A stretch of DNA of 14,801 nt from Candidatus Micrarchaeia archaeon (GTDB lineage: Archaea; Micrarchaeota; Micrarchaeia; Anstonellales; Bilamarchaeaceae): NCBI GenBank assembly GCA_046538155.1, contig JBKHJL010000027.1, positions 1-14,801 on the forward strand, written 5' to 3'. Both the position numbers and the translations under genes were made by a program. Within the stretch, counting starts at the first letter, position 1, and each line of letters starts with the position of its first letter. The notes under the pieces were generated by a model. That model saw only the letters and a program-made list of their open reading frames with translations, did no database searches and was not told the DNA's origin. This document shows positions 1 to 7,857 of this stretch, piece after piece.

Positions 1-2
1 AA

Positions 3-737
3 TTAGGGAAAAAAATAATCGGGGCAAAAGTAAAGAGGGGAGAAACTGCTGTATTTGTAAGGAACAGCCTGAGGGAAATACTGCTGAAGATGTTCAGGGA
101 TAATCCTGGATTTGAATTTTCGGAAAAAATTGGAGAGGGAAACAAACCGAAGAAAATAATGGTGGTAGGGCCAAACGGGGCAGGAAAAACCACCACGATT
201 GCAAAAATGGTCAGGCTGATGAAGGAAGACGGGTACAGCGTATGCATCGCGGCATCTGATACATTCAGGGCAGCTGCGGTGGAGCAGCTTGTGCACCATG
301 GGGAGAAGGTGGGGGCAAAAGTGATACACGGAGCTTATGGCGCAGATCCAACCTCAATTGCATTTGATGCAGTAAACTATGCAAAATCCAACAATATAGA
401 TGTTGTGGTAATAGATACTGCAGGGAGGCAGGAAACCAATGTAAACCTCCTCAACCAGCTAAAGAAAATGGACAGGGTGATATCCCCAGACATCAAAATT
501 TATGTGGGGGAGAGTATTGCAGGAAATGCAATGGTTGAGCAGATAACAAAATTCAAAGAAGAAATCGGCCTGGACGGGGTAATACTTACAAAACTTGATT
601 GTGATGCAAAAGGAGGGACGCTGATCTCTGTTTTTGGAGTTGCAAAACTGCCTGTGCTCTATGTGGGGGTGGGGCAGGGGTATGGAGACATGAAAAAATT
701 TGTGCCTGAAGAAATCGTGGAGGAGATTCTCTCTTGA
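3..737 (+). CDS. ftsY: Signal recognition particle receptor FtsY (SRP GTPase, NG domain); 5' end lies outside the window
   Basis: The frame is open from base 3 (LGKKIIGAKVKRG...). It carries the SRP-GTPase motifs GPNGAGKTT, DTFRAAA, DTAGR, TKLD, AKGG and GVGQ. It ends right after the G domain with no M domain, so it is FtsY rather than SRP54. Confidence 0.95.
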   Translation, partial: LGKKIIGAKVKRGETAVFVRNSLREILLKMFRDNPGFEFSEKIGEGNKPKKIMVVGPNGAGKTTTIAKMVRLMKEDGYSVCIAASDTFRAAAVEQLVHHGEKVGAKVIHGAYGADPTSIAFDAVNYAKSNNIDVVVIDTAGRQETNVNLLNQLKKMDRVISPDIKIYVGESIAGNAMVEQITKFKEEIGLDGVILTKLDCDAKGGTLISVFGVAKLPVLYVGVGQGYGDMKKFVPEEIVEEILS

Positions 738-1117
738 ATAGAAGGAAGGTGGTGCTGGATACCAATTTTCTCCTTGTTCCCCACCAATTCAGGATTGACA
801 TATTCGGGGAAATAGAAGAACTGCTTGAATTTCCTCATACCTATGTGGTTCCTTCCGGAGTAAAAAAAGAACTTGAAAAGCTTGCTGAAGGCAAGGGGAG
901 TGAAGGGGCGGCTGCAAGGCTGGGTCTGAAGATACTCAGGGAAAGAGAGTGCACTGAAGTGGAAAGCCGGGGAAATGTGGATAGCTGGATACGCAAATAT
1001 GCAAAAAAAGAAAATGCAATAGTAGCAACCAATGACCGGGAACTCAGGAATAAGTTAAAAAAAGATGGTGTGGAAGTGGTGTTACTCCACTCAAAATCCA
1101 GGCTGGGGATTGTATGA
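734..1117 (+). CDS. PIN-domain ribonuclease, Fcf1/Utp24-like archaeal family
   Basis: Motifs VVLDTNFLL, KKELEKL, VDSWI and VATNDRELR supply the four acidic PIN residues. The TTG start overlaps the ftsY stop (TTGA, 734-737). Confidence 0.88.
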   Translation: MNRRKVVLDTNFLLVPHQFRIDIFGEIEELLEFPHTYVVPSGVKKELEKLAEGKGSEGAAARLGLKILRERECTEVESRGNVDSWIRKYAKKENAIVATNDRELRNKLKKDGVEVVLLHSKSRLGIV

Positions 1118-1452
1118 TGCTTGATACCATGGGATGGGTCCTTGTAGGGCTTTTTGCGTTCTTCTCAGTTATGGTGCTGGCCATTGTAATCTATTTTATA
1201 TGGAAGAAAGGAACTGGCTCAGTAAAATTCCAGAAAAAAATAAAGGAAGGAAAAAGCCTGGTGCTTGTCCAGCCTTTTGTAAACCTAAAAAGAGTAATGG
1301 TCCAGGACAAAGCAAAAGGAGAAAGCCTTGTATTCGTAAAGGAAAACATGGGCTCCGGGGAAAAGGTGTGGTTTGAATATCCCGCATCAAATTCTCCCGC
1401 AAGATTAACTACAGAAGGGGAAGTAGAAATTACTCTTGAAGCAAAGCCTTGA
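1114..1452 (+). CDS. Small hypothetical membrane protein with one N-terminal TM helix and a small soluble domain
   Basis: The ATG overlaps the PIN stop (ATGA, 1114-1117). A hydrophobic segment WVLVGLFAFFSVMVLAIVIYFIW is followed by KK. The start could also be 1117 or a slightly later ATG. Confidence 0.75.
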   Translation: MMLDTMGWVLVGLFAFFSVMVLAIVIYFIWKKGTGSVKFQKKIKEGKSLVLVQPFVNLKRVMVQDKAKGESLVFVKENMGSGEKVWFEYPASNSPARLTTEGEVEITLEAKP

Positions 1453-2158
1453 GCTTATTGTGCAGTTCTGCTATTTCTTCAGGGGCCATCTCCCTTGCCC
1501 TTTTTCTCGGAATGGGTTCCTCAGGCCGGATGCCTTCATGCTCCATGGCCTTCTTTACCATCTGGTTCTTGTGCTGAAAAATAATCCTCAGGAAACGGAA
1601 GAACGAGTTTCCCGGCCTGAATGGCCTGCGCACAAGAAGCATAATGGCAGAATCAACTTTTGGGGGCGGGGAAAATGCGCCTTTCTTAATCCTTTTTACA
1701 AGGCGGGTATTGAAGAAAAGCTGGGAAACGACAGAGAGCCGGCCATATGCACTTGTGCCGGGCATGGCAACCATCTTCCGGGCAACCTCCAGCTGGACCA
1801 TCAGCACTGCGTGCCGGAAATCCATTTCGGCAAGCCGGTAAATGATAGGTGAAGTTATATAGTAAGGTATGTTTCCGGCCACAACATCAAATGAAGGGAA
1901 CTCCTCTTCCAGAAAATCCCCCTCCATCACATCAACATCCTCCCCAAACCTGCCTCGCAGATAAGCTGCCCATTCTCTGTCTTTTTCAATTACCGTAAGG
2001 GAAGAGGGGGATTGTTGGAGCAGTTTCTCAGTAAGGCGCCCGTCTCCGGGGCCTATCTCCAGGACTTTCCTTTCTTTTGGATTTGCAAGAGTTGCTTCAA
2101 ACTCCAGCAGGGACTGGTCCTGAAGAAAATGCTGGCCAAGACTTTTTTTCTGCGTCAT
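1430..2158 (-). CDS. rsmA: 16S rRNA adenine dimethyltransferase KsgA/RsmA/Dim1
   Basis: Motifs KKSLGQHFL, VLEIGPG (SAM binding), IEKD, GNIPYYI, MVQLEVA, YGRLSV and FSPPPKVDS. Confidence 0.95.
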   Translation of the reverse strand: MTQKKSLGQHFLQDQSLLEFEATLANPKERKVLEIGPGDGRLTEKLLQQSPSSLTVIEKDREWAAYLRGRFGEDVDVMEGDFLEEEFPSFDVVAGNIPYYITSPIIYRLAEMDFRHAVLMVQLEVARKMVAMPGTSAYGRLSVVSQLFFNTRLVKRIKKGAFSPPPKVDSAIMLLVRRPFRPGNSFFRFLRIIFQHKNQMVKKAMEHEGIRPEEPIPRKRAREMAPEEIAELHNKLKALLQE

Positions 2159-2400
2159 ACCGGAAAATCACCCTTCTTCCCCTCCAGGATTAAAAGCGCA
2201 TCAAGCAGACCATAAGCATAATCAGAACACCCAAAGGAAGAAAAATAGTCTTCTCTCCTGAAGTAGTAATCTGCATCTTCTGCATACTGCAGGGCCAGAT
2301 TGAAAACACCAGGGTAGCGGGAATGATACCCGAGTGATTTTGCATCATCTATGCGGGAAAAAAGCTTCTTCAGGCTTTTTTCTGCCCTGGATTTGTGCAT
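2155..2400 (-). CDS. DUF357 family archaeal protein
   Basis: 81 aa with the pattern YAEDADYYF...DYFSSFGCSDYAYGLLDA. Its stop overlaps the rsmA start (ATGA, 2158-2155). Confidence 0.85.
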   Translation of the reverse strand: MHKSRAEKSLKKLFSRIDDAKSLGYHSRYPGVFNLALQYAEDADYYFRREDYFSSFGCSDYAYGLLDALLILEGKKGDFPV

Positions 2401-2422
2401 GGGCTAACTATGGAGGGAAATT

Positions 2423-2430
2423 GTTATATT
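2423..2430 (-). promoter_or_regulatory. Putative TATA box for the DUF357-rsmA transcript (probably leaderless)
   Basis: The minus strand reads CAAAAACACT-AATATAAC, 23-30 nt upstream of the ATG at 2400. Confidence 0.4.
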
Positions 2431-2517
2431 AGTGTTTTTGGTAATTTTTAGTTATATATGTGGTATTATATGGGAACATGTAATAAGGGCTTATGACGGT
2501 AGGGGGAATGGGTGTGG

Positions 2518-2534
2518 GAGAAAGAGTTTATAAA
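2518..2534 (+). promoter_or_regulatory. Putative BRE + TATA box for the large orphan gene
   Basis: A purine run GAGAAAGAG is followed by TTTATAAA (2527-2534), ~37 nt before ATG 2571. This argues against the ORF-track start at 2493. Confidence 0.6.
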
Positions 2535-2570
2535 TGTTTCCATACTATAATAATATCAAAGAAGTTGGAA

Positions 2571-5500
2571 ATGATGGTTATGTCTGAAAAAAACAAAGGC
2601 TCCAGGGAAATGTCCTGGAACGCCGTACTAACAGGAGGCCCGGGAGGGAATGGTGCAGAGGCAGGTATGGAGCTTCCCCTGAAGAAGTTTTTGGATGCGC
2701 TCAAGGGCCAGGATGGAAAGCTGGACCTGGATGACCCAGATGTCCTGCGGAAAATAAGGCAACGTGCTTATACTGTTGCAGAAAAAACAGAAGAGGCCCA
2801 GTTGGCTAATCAGGCCGATGCTGAAAAACTTAAAAATGAAGCAACAACCCTGGCTCACCTGCTGCCAGAATTTCGCAGGGAAGATATAATTGTTGATGAA
2901 CATTCCAGAGAATTCCGCCTTGCGGACATGGCAGGCCTTCTTGGAGGAACCTCTGAAGAAACAAGAAGGGTGGACCTGGAAGACCTTGCAGAAGCCACTG
3001 GGGATAACACAGAAGAAGACCTGGATACGTGGCAAACAGAAGTAAGCGAAAGGCTGGATGCAACGGTCCTTGAGGATGGGGAAAAACCTGTAGAGGAGGA
3101 CAGCGAAAGTGCATCACAAAATTACCTTCTGAATGTCGGACCCGAACGGAGTGGTACTGCCAAAGAAGAGGAAGGCAGGCCTGTTTCAGATTCAATGATT
3201 GAAGAAAGCAGGAAGGTCAGGGAAGAAGATGAAACCCGCAAAACAATCATACACGGAGAAAAACCTCAGGCGGATGCTAAACCAAAGGCACGGGGCCTTG
3301 GCACAGGAGAAAGGCAGGGACTTGGCCTTAAGGGAACCATGGTAAGGAAGACGCCCGAAGAGGAATTTTTCGGAGAGCCCCTGGAAAATCCTGCAGAAAC
3401 CTTCCAACTGGAGGAGGGCAAGTCCAGAGCGCTTGCAGGAATGGGTAAAGGAAAGGCACCTGAAGATGGAAGAACAGATACTATACTCGAAAAAAGAGAC
3501 CTTGGGGACATAATCCGGGAAGGGCTTGCTGAAGGCATTAGAATAACTCAAACTGGGGAAAAACCGCTTTCAGAAGACACAATACGTAGGATGGAGGAAG
3601 ACAGCGGAAGGCGCCTTACTCGTGATGAATTAGGAGAAACCGTCCTGCAGGAGCCCGGAGATGAAACAGCGGACCTTGGAAGGACAGAAGACTTCAGGCC
3701 ATATGGTGATATTTTTTATGCGATGAAAAAGGTGTTCCGTGAATCAGGGGAAAGGGAGGCCATCGGTTTTGAAGAGAGCCTGGAAAAGGCGATAGAACTT
3801 GCAGAAGGAATTGCCGCAGAAACAGATTCTGTTTCAGAAGAAGACGCCACAGCAATGAGCTCTGAACTAAGAAGAGTCAACCGGCTTAGGAGATTCAAGC
3901 GGGAATTTGTTGATATTCAAAAGGACAAAAAAGAGCCAAAGAAAAGCCTGAACCAGTATAAACTGTGGCTTACTAGGGAAAAGAGCAGATATGAGGAAAT
4001 TCTCAAAATTAACTGGGAGCGCGGGGAAAAGAAAATACCTGATGCATTCAGGATTCTTGGCATGTCCCCGGGAGAATACAGCAGAAAAGCAACTCTCAGA
4101 GTATGTGAGGCATTCCTAAATGGAAAGGACCTGGACACGCGGGAAGAGGAAAAAGTCGGGAAACTTAAGGAATTGCTGGAAACACGGGAAAACAGCATTG
4201 AAGAAGAGAGAAATGCAGAACTTGCTTATGAAATGCTCGTAGGAAAAGCAACAGAGTACCAGAGAGAACTAAGCGAAAAGAGGGAAACAAAAATCGATGA
4301 GATGGATGAAAAGCTTGGAAAGATGAACATCTCCCTTGCGGAATTTGAAGGCAAGAAAAAAGAGATTATCAATGTGCTTAAGCTGGTGTACCTGGCAAAC
4401 CGCAGCACCGAAAAAAGGTATAAAGCGATAAACCAGCCCGAAGTAAAAGAAGCACTGATGGAACTGGAAAGCGATTACAGAGAGAGGAAAAAGTGGATGG
4501 GGCTGATTGTCAACATACTGTCAAGAGACGATGACGGATTCAGGGAACTCTGGGAAAAGGCGAAAGCTGGGGCAGACAAGGAAATTTTCCCTGAGAATAA
4601 GCTTATAAAGCAAAAAGAAACCGGGGAAAGTAAAAAACCTGGCCCTGTGGCAAGCGGAATAGGAAATGCAATCAAGATGGCTGCGGGTGCGGGAATACTC
4701 GCAGCAGGAATGTGGCTAAACCAGCAGGGCATAATTAACCTTGGAAACCAGGAAAATGTTGTTGAAAAGGAACAGGCAGCAGAAGTGGAAGTTGCTGAAA
4801 TGCAGGAAACACCCCCTGGAAAAACCCTTGAAACAAAGAGGGTGGAAAAGGAGCCCCGGGAGGAACCATCAGAACCTGCTGAGAAAGCAGAAAAAGAGCA
4901 GCCTGAGAAAATTATTAAAGAAACAGGGGAAAAAGCTGAAGAAATCGTTGAGGGGGCAGAAGAAGTTGAGGTAAAACCCCTCACAAAAGCGGAAAGGATG
5001 GAACTGCTCTGGGAGCAGCTGGATGAATACTGCCAGGAGGAGCACGGTCTCCTGGTAAACGGAGAGATGCTCAGGAAAGCATACAGGTCAATAGAGAGCC
5101 AGCTTGATGGAAGCGTAATGCCTGATGAAAAAAAATGGGCAGAGCACATGCTTAAGGTAAAATTCCCGAATAGCTATTATGAACTTGCTGTCCTCTCAGA
5201 CCTCTGGAGGTCAGCAAAGTCTCTTGAGGCGCCTGTAGCTTATGCAGTAGGGATGAAGATGGCAATCGTTATGGGGCATGCTGCAGGAAGGCCAAAATTC
5301 TGGGGGAACCTCTCGAAGATGGTAAATAAAGGAGAAATAGCACTGGAGAAGGACAGCTTCCTCGGAACAATGCAGAAAAAAATCAAAACCGTCCAGATGA
5401 AGAGGTGTACAGCTGCAAGCTTTGAAAATGATATTGAAAGAAGGATGAAAGAAATAAAGGAAGAGGCACTGGAAAAAGGCATGACAGAGAATGAATTTGA

Positions 5501-5915
5501 GAGTGGAGTGAAAAAAGCATTTGGCAGGAAGACCTGGAGAGTAATGAAGAAGTATGAAAAAAAGAGGGGTGAGGCACAGCATGAGAGGAGAAAAGACATC
5601 TGCAGGACAGTGCACCCTGATTCAACCGGGCGTAACGCAATCAGGAGGGCAATAAAAAACCTTAAGACCTGGAAAATAAAGCGCAGGCTTAAGAAACAGA
5701 ATGGGGAAGAATCTGAAGAAGCGAAATACCAGAGGGGAAACGACCGGAAGGGGCCCAAGGCATCAGAAGTCTGCAGGGGTTTAGACGGAATGGAATACGT
5801 AAGATGCGCGCACAGGGAAGGGAAGAAAGACAGGGGAGAAAAGAAATTCCACGCACCTAAAAAGAAGGAATCGGGCGGGAAAACCAGTGGGCCAAGAATG
5901 AGGGCAAGGTTCTGA
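2571..5915 (+). CDS. Large (~1114 aa) hypothetical charged protein: acidic low-complexity N-terminal region, helical/coiled-coil middle, one Gly/Ala-rich hydrophobic segment, Glu-rich linker and basic C-terminus
   Basis: 3.3 kb uninterrupted purine-rich ORF. In-frame ATGs at 2571, 2574 and 2580 lie downstream of a TATA box. No family motif recognised. Confidence 0.85.
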   Translation: MMVMSEKNKGSREMSWNAVLTGGPGGNGAEAGMELPLKKFLDALKGQDGKLDLDDPDVLRKIRQRAYTVAEKTEEAQLANQADAEKLKNEATTLAHLLPEFRREDIIVDEHSREFRLADMAGLLGGTSEETRRVDLEDLAEATGDNTEEDLDTWQTEVSERLDATVLEDGEKPVEEDSESASQNYLLNVGPERSGTAKEEEGRPVSDSMIEESRKVREEDETRKTIIHGEKPQADAKPKARGLGTGERQGLGLKGTMVRKTPEEEFFGEPLENPAETFQLEEGKSRALAGMGKGKAPEDGRTDTILEKRDLGDIIREGLAEGIRITQTGEKPLSEDTIRRMEEDSGRRLTRDELGETVLQEPGDETADLGRTEDFRPYGDIFYAMKKVFRESGEREAIGFEESLEKAIELAEGIAAETDSVSEEDATAMSSELRRVNRLRRFKREFVDIQKDKKEPKKSLNQYKLWLTREKSRYEEILKINWERGEKKIPDAFRILGMSPGEYSRKATLRVCEAFLNGKDLDTREEEKVGKLKELLETRENSIEEERNAELAYEMLVGKATEYQRELSEKRETKIDEMDEKLGKMNISLAEFEGKKKEIINVLKLVYLANRSTEKRYKAINQPEVKEALMELESDYRERKKWMGLIVNILSRDDDGFRELWEKAKAGADKEIFPENKLIKQKETGESKKPGPVASGIGNAIKMAAGAGILAAGMWLNQQGIINLGNQENVVEKEQAAEVEVAEMQETPPGKTLETKRVEKEPREEPSEPAEKAEKEQPEKIIKETGEKAEEIVEGAEEVEVKPLTKAERMELLWEQLDEYCQEEHGLLVNGEMLRKAYRSIESQLDGSVMPDEKKWAEHMLKVKFPNSYYELAVLSDLWRSAKSLEAPVAYAVGMKMAIVMGHAAGRPKFWGNLSKMVNKGEIALEKDSFLGTMQKKIKTVQMKRCTAASFENDIERRMKEIKEEALEKGMTENEFESGVKKAFGRKTWRVMKKYEKKRGEAQHERRKDICRTVHPDSTGRNAIRRAIKNLKTWKIKRRLKKQNGEESEEAKYQRGNDRKGPKASEVCRGLDGMEYVRCAHREGKKDRGEKKFHAPKKKESGGKTSGPRMRARF

Positions 5916-5931
5916 GCACTTTTTATTAATA

Positions 5932-5939
5932 TTTTAAAA
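5932..5939 (+). promoter_or_regulatory. Putative TATA box of the tRNA gene
   Basis: TTTTAAAA lies 28-35 nt upstream of the mature tRNA 5' end, within an AT-rich spacer. Confidence 0.5.
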
Positions 5940-5966
5940 TAACAACCGCACAGAACAATAATAAAT

Positions 5967-6066
5967 GGGCCCGTGGCGCAATCTGGAAAGCGCGAGTGGC
6001 TTCGGATGCCTACTCCTGATAGCAGGGGAAACCACTAGGCTGCGGGTTCGAATCCCGTCGGGCCCG
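5967..6066 (+). tRNA. tRNA-Arg (anticodon TCG) with a 25-nt intron at the canonical 37/38 position; CCA not encoded
   Basis: Acceptor stem GGGCCCG/CGGGCCC, D stem GCGC/GCGC, anticodon stem AGTGG/CCACT with spliced loop CT-TCG-GA, T arm GCGGG-TTCGAAT-CCCGT, discriminator G. The Arg identity elements A20 and C35 are present. Confidence 0.95.
6006..6030 (+). other. Archaeal tRNA intron (bulge-helix-bulge)
   Basis: Intron sequence is ATGCCTACTCCTGATAGCAGGGGAA. The central helix is CTTC(6000-6003)/GGGG(6025-6028), the 3-nt bulges are GG^A and AA^A, and the outer helix is TGC/GCA. Confidence 0.85.
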
Positions 6067-6070
6067 CATA

Positions 6071-7768
6071 TTACCTTTTACCCGCCTTCTTTTTCCTCTT
6101 CCGGGTAAGGAAGTAAACGATTACAACTATCAGCAGGAGAGCCAGCAGTGCAAGCAGCAGCATCGGGTCAAGCCCCTCAGGCTCAAGCACCTCAACCGGA
6201 GTTGACATCTGGTTAATAAGGAATTCCTCCCTTCCGCCGTAATCAGTAACAGCAGACATATTCAGGGTCTGGAGTTCTTCTTCTGTAATCAAAAGGCCGC
6301 CTACGCGGACTACCGTAGACTTGCCGGGCTCAAGCATCCGGACTTCGGTATCTTCAACAGTGGAGTTTGAAACAGCACTGGTGTACTCAATAGTTGTGCG
6401 GAAATAAACATCCTCCTCCCCGGAATTTGAATACTTGAGAGAAACCGCATCATCATCAGGGGAATATGTTGCTGCAAGAACTTCCAGGGTTGAGGAATCC
6501 AGGAAATCCACCGTTCCCATATCAACATACTGCCTCAGGACTTTTTCATAATTGTATTTTGAAGAGCTGAAATAAACAGTGACGTTCGCGGCAAGGTCTC
6601 CGGGGTTCTCAATAGTAAATGGATGGGAGAATCCTTTGGTCTCCTCAATTGCAAGCATCTGTGGAGAATCATCACCCACTGTTCCGATAAGTTCCCCGTT
6701 TGAATAAATATTAAGTGAATTGGTTACATAGGTATGTATTGTGCCCTTGTTCTCAAGTATAATCTCTACTTCCTCTTTCGCCGTATTGTACTGGACACTT
6801 TTCAGGGCTATATCCAGCACCACTGAGGGGAGGGGATAAACAGTCAGGGGCTGGACTTCCCCTCCTGAAGCGCCGGACTGCCCCATCTTCACAAATACTG
6901 AAAACTCCTTCTCATCAAAATTTGAATTTATCCTCTTCATCAGGTCATAGGCGGCAGCAGTAAAATCTCCTTTTACGAGTACGGCAACCTGTACGTCTCC
7001 TTTTTCCACCAGCCCAAGAAGCTGGGTATATGATTTGGTTGGGATGGTATTGGAAATGAGCATTACCGGGAACTTGGCCTCGGTTATGGAAGGCTCAAAA
7101 AATTCCCCATCTGCAAAAAGAATCTGTTTTTCTGATTCATATTTGGAAAAATGCCTTTCAAGGAGTTCAGTATTGTCAAGGTATTTGTCCCCATTCTCTA
7201 TCTGCTCAAATGCTATTCCAGTTGAATTCAGGGATTCAGTAACCTCCCTGTCCACTGTTCCATATATAAGAAGCTCGCCCCGGAGATTGTCCGCCAGGAA
7301 ATTGGAAACCTCCCCTGCATTCTCCCTGTTTGCAAAAACAACATATGAGCCGGATGCCTTTGCATAAGTCATCAGCACAACAAGATTGTAGGGGTAGGCA
7401 GGGTCGGTAAGAATAAATGAATCTGTCCCTGAGCGCTCGGCAAGCTCCAGGTTGAACTTGAAGGGGTCAGAGGAGGCAAGCTCTTCCGTAATCATAGCCC
7501 CATTGCTCTCAAGTGCGCTGCGGTAGCTTGCATGCACAGGCACTTTCTCAGACTGGATCAGGGTTATTTCCTTGGGGCCGACATGGAGAACTGCGGACTG
7601 CAGGCTCTCAGAGGGATAAACATAATAGAGCTCATCACCTGCAAGATTTGAATAAAATGCCGCTGAAGCAACATCCCGGTAATCCTGGGAATTGGCAACT
7701 ACATCTGCAGCACTGGAAAAAGCGCACAGGAAAACCAATAAACTAATGAATGATTTATACCTCCCCAT
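6071..7768 (-). CDS. Secreted, C-terminally membrane-anchored cell-surface protein (alpha/beta N-terminal region, two probable Ig/CARDB-like domains)
   Basis: Signal peptide MGRYKSFISLLVFLCAFSSA. Ig-like segments ILENKG and LKYSNSG...LEPGKS. C-terminal TM LLLALLALLLIVVIVYFL followed by the basic tail RKRKKKAGKR. Confidence 0.85.
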   Translation of the reverse strand: MGRYKSFISLLVFLCAFSSAADVVANSQDYRDVASAAFYSNLAGDELYYVYPSESLQSAVLHVGPKEITLIQSEKVPVHASYRSALESNGAMITEELASSDPFKFNLELAERSGTDSFILTDPAYPYNLVVLMTYAKASGSYVVFANRENAGEVSNFLADNLRGELLIYGTVDREVTESLNSTGIAFEQIENGDKYLDNTELLERHFSKYESEKQILFADGEFFEPSITEAKFPVMLISNTIPTKSYTQLLGLVEKGDVQVAVLVKGDFTAAAYDLMKRINSNFDEKEFSVFVKMGQSGASGGEVQPLTVYPLPSVVLDIALKSVQYNTAKEEVEIILENKGTIHTYVTNSLNIYSNGELIGTVGDDSPQMLAIEETKGFSHPFTIENPGDLAANVTVYFSSSKYNYEKVLRQYVDMGTVDFLDSSTLEVLAATYSPDDDAVSLKYSNSGEEDVYFRTTIEYTSAVSNSTVEDTEVRMLEPGKSTVVRVGGLLITEEELQTLNMSAVTDYGGREEFLINQMSTPVEVLEPEGLDPMLLLALLALLLIVVIVYFLTRKRKKKAGKR

Positions 7769-7791
7769 GCTTAAGTTTTCTAAAGAAAGTA

Positions 7792-7798
7792 ATATAAA
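7792..7798 (-). promoter_or_regulatory. Putative TATA box for the 565-aa surface protein gene (leaderless)
   Basis: The minus strand reads TTTATAT 24-30 nt upstream of the ATG at 7768. Confidence 0.55.
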
Positions 7799-7827
7799 TA
7801 TTGTTAGAAGGGGAAAATGCGGGGGAG

Positions 7828-7834
7828 TTTTAAA
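7828..7834 (+). promoter_or_regulatory. Putative TATA box for map (leaderless)
   Basis: TTTTAAA lies 24-30 nt upstream of ATG 7858 and is preceded by purines. Confidence 0.55.
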
Positions 7835-7857
7835 CCTTCACCGGCAAAAACAGGAGC

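Noticed and set aside
734..1452. VapBC-type toxin-antitoxin pair
   Set aside because: The PIN protein looks like the housekeeping Fcf1/Utp24-like type, and its neighbour is a membrane protein rather than a DNA-binding antitoxin.
2423..2473. Recurrent TTATAT hexamers in the divergent intergenic region as regulator sites
   Set aside because: They are short, AT-rich and irregularly spaced, so they cannot be distinguished from TATA-like background.
2493..2570. ORF-track N-terminal extension of the giant orphan
   Set aside because: It spans the BRE/TATA element at 2518-2534. The ATGs at 2571-2580 are the better starts.
2628..5758. Multiple minus-strand ORFs (e.g. 4475-5149, 5240-5758) inside the giant orphan
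   Set aside because: Their S/F/L-rich translations are what is expected from the antisense of GAA/AAA-rich codons, with no independent signals.
5967..6066. tRNA as integration site (att) for an island or provirus
   Set aside because: I saw no integrase, no duplicated tRNA 3' end and no viral hallmark genes in the window. A partner att outside the window cannot be excluded.
6071..6190. Archaeosortase signal (PGF-/PEF-CTERM) on the 565-aa protein
   Set aside because: The TM and basic tail are present, but the preceding sequence is EPEGLDP, with no PGF or PEF motif.
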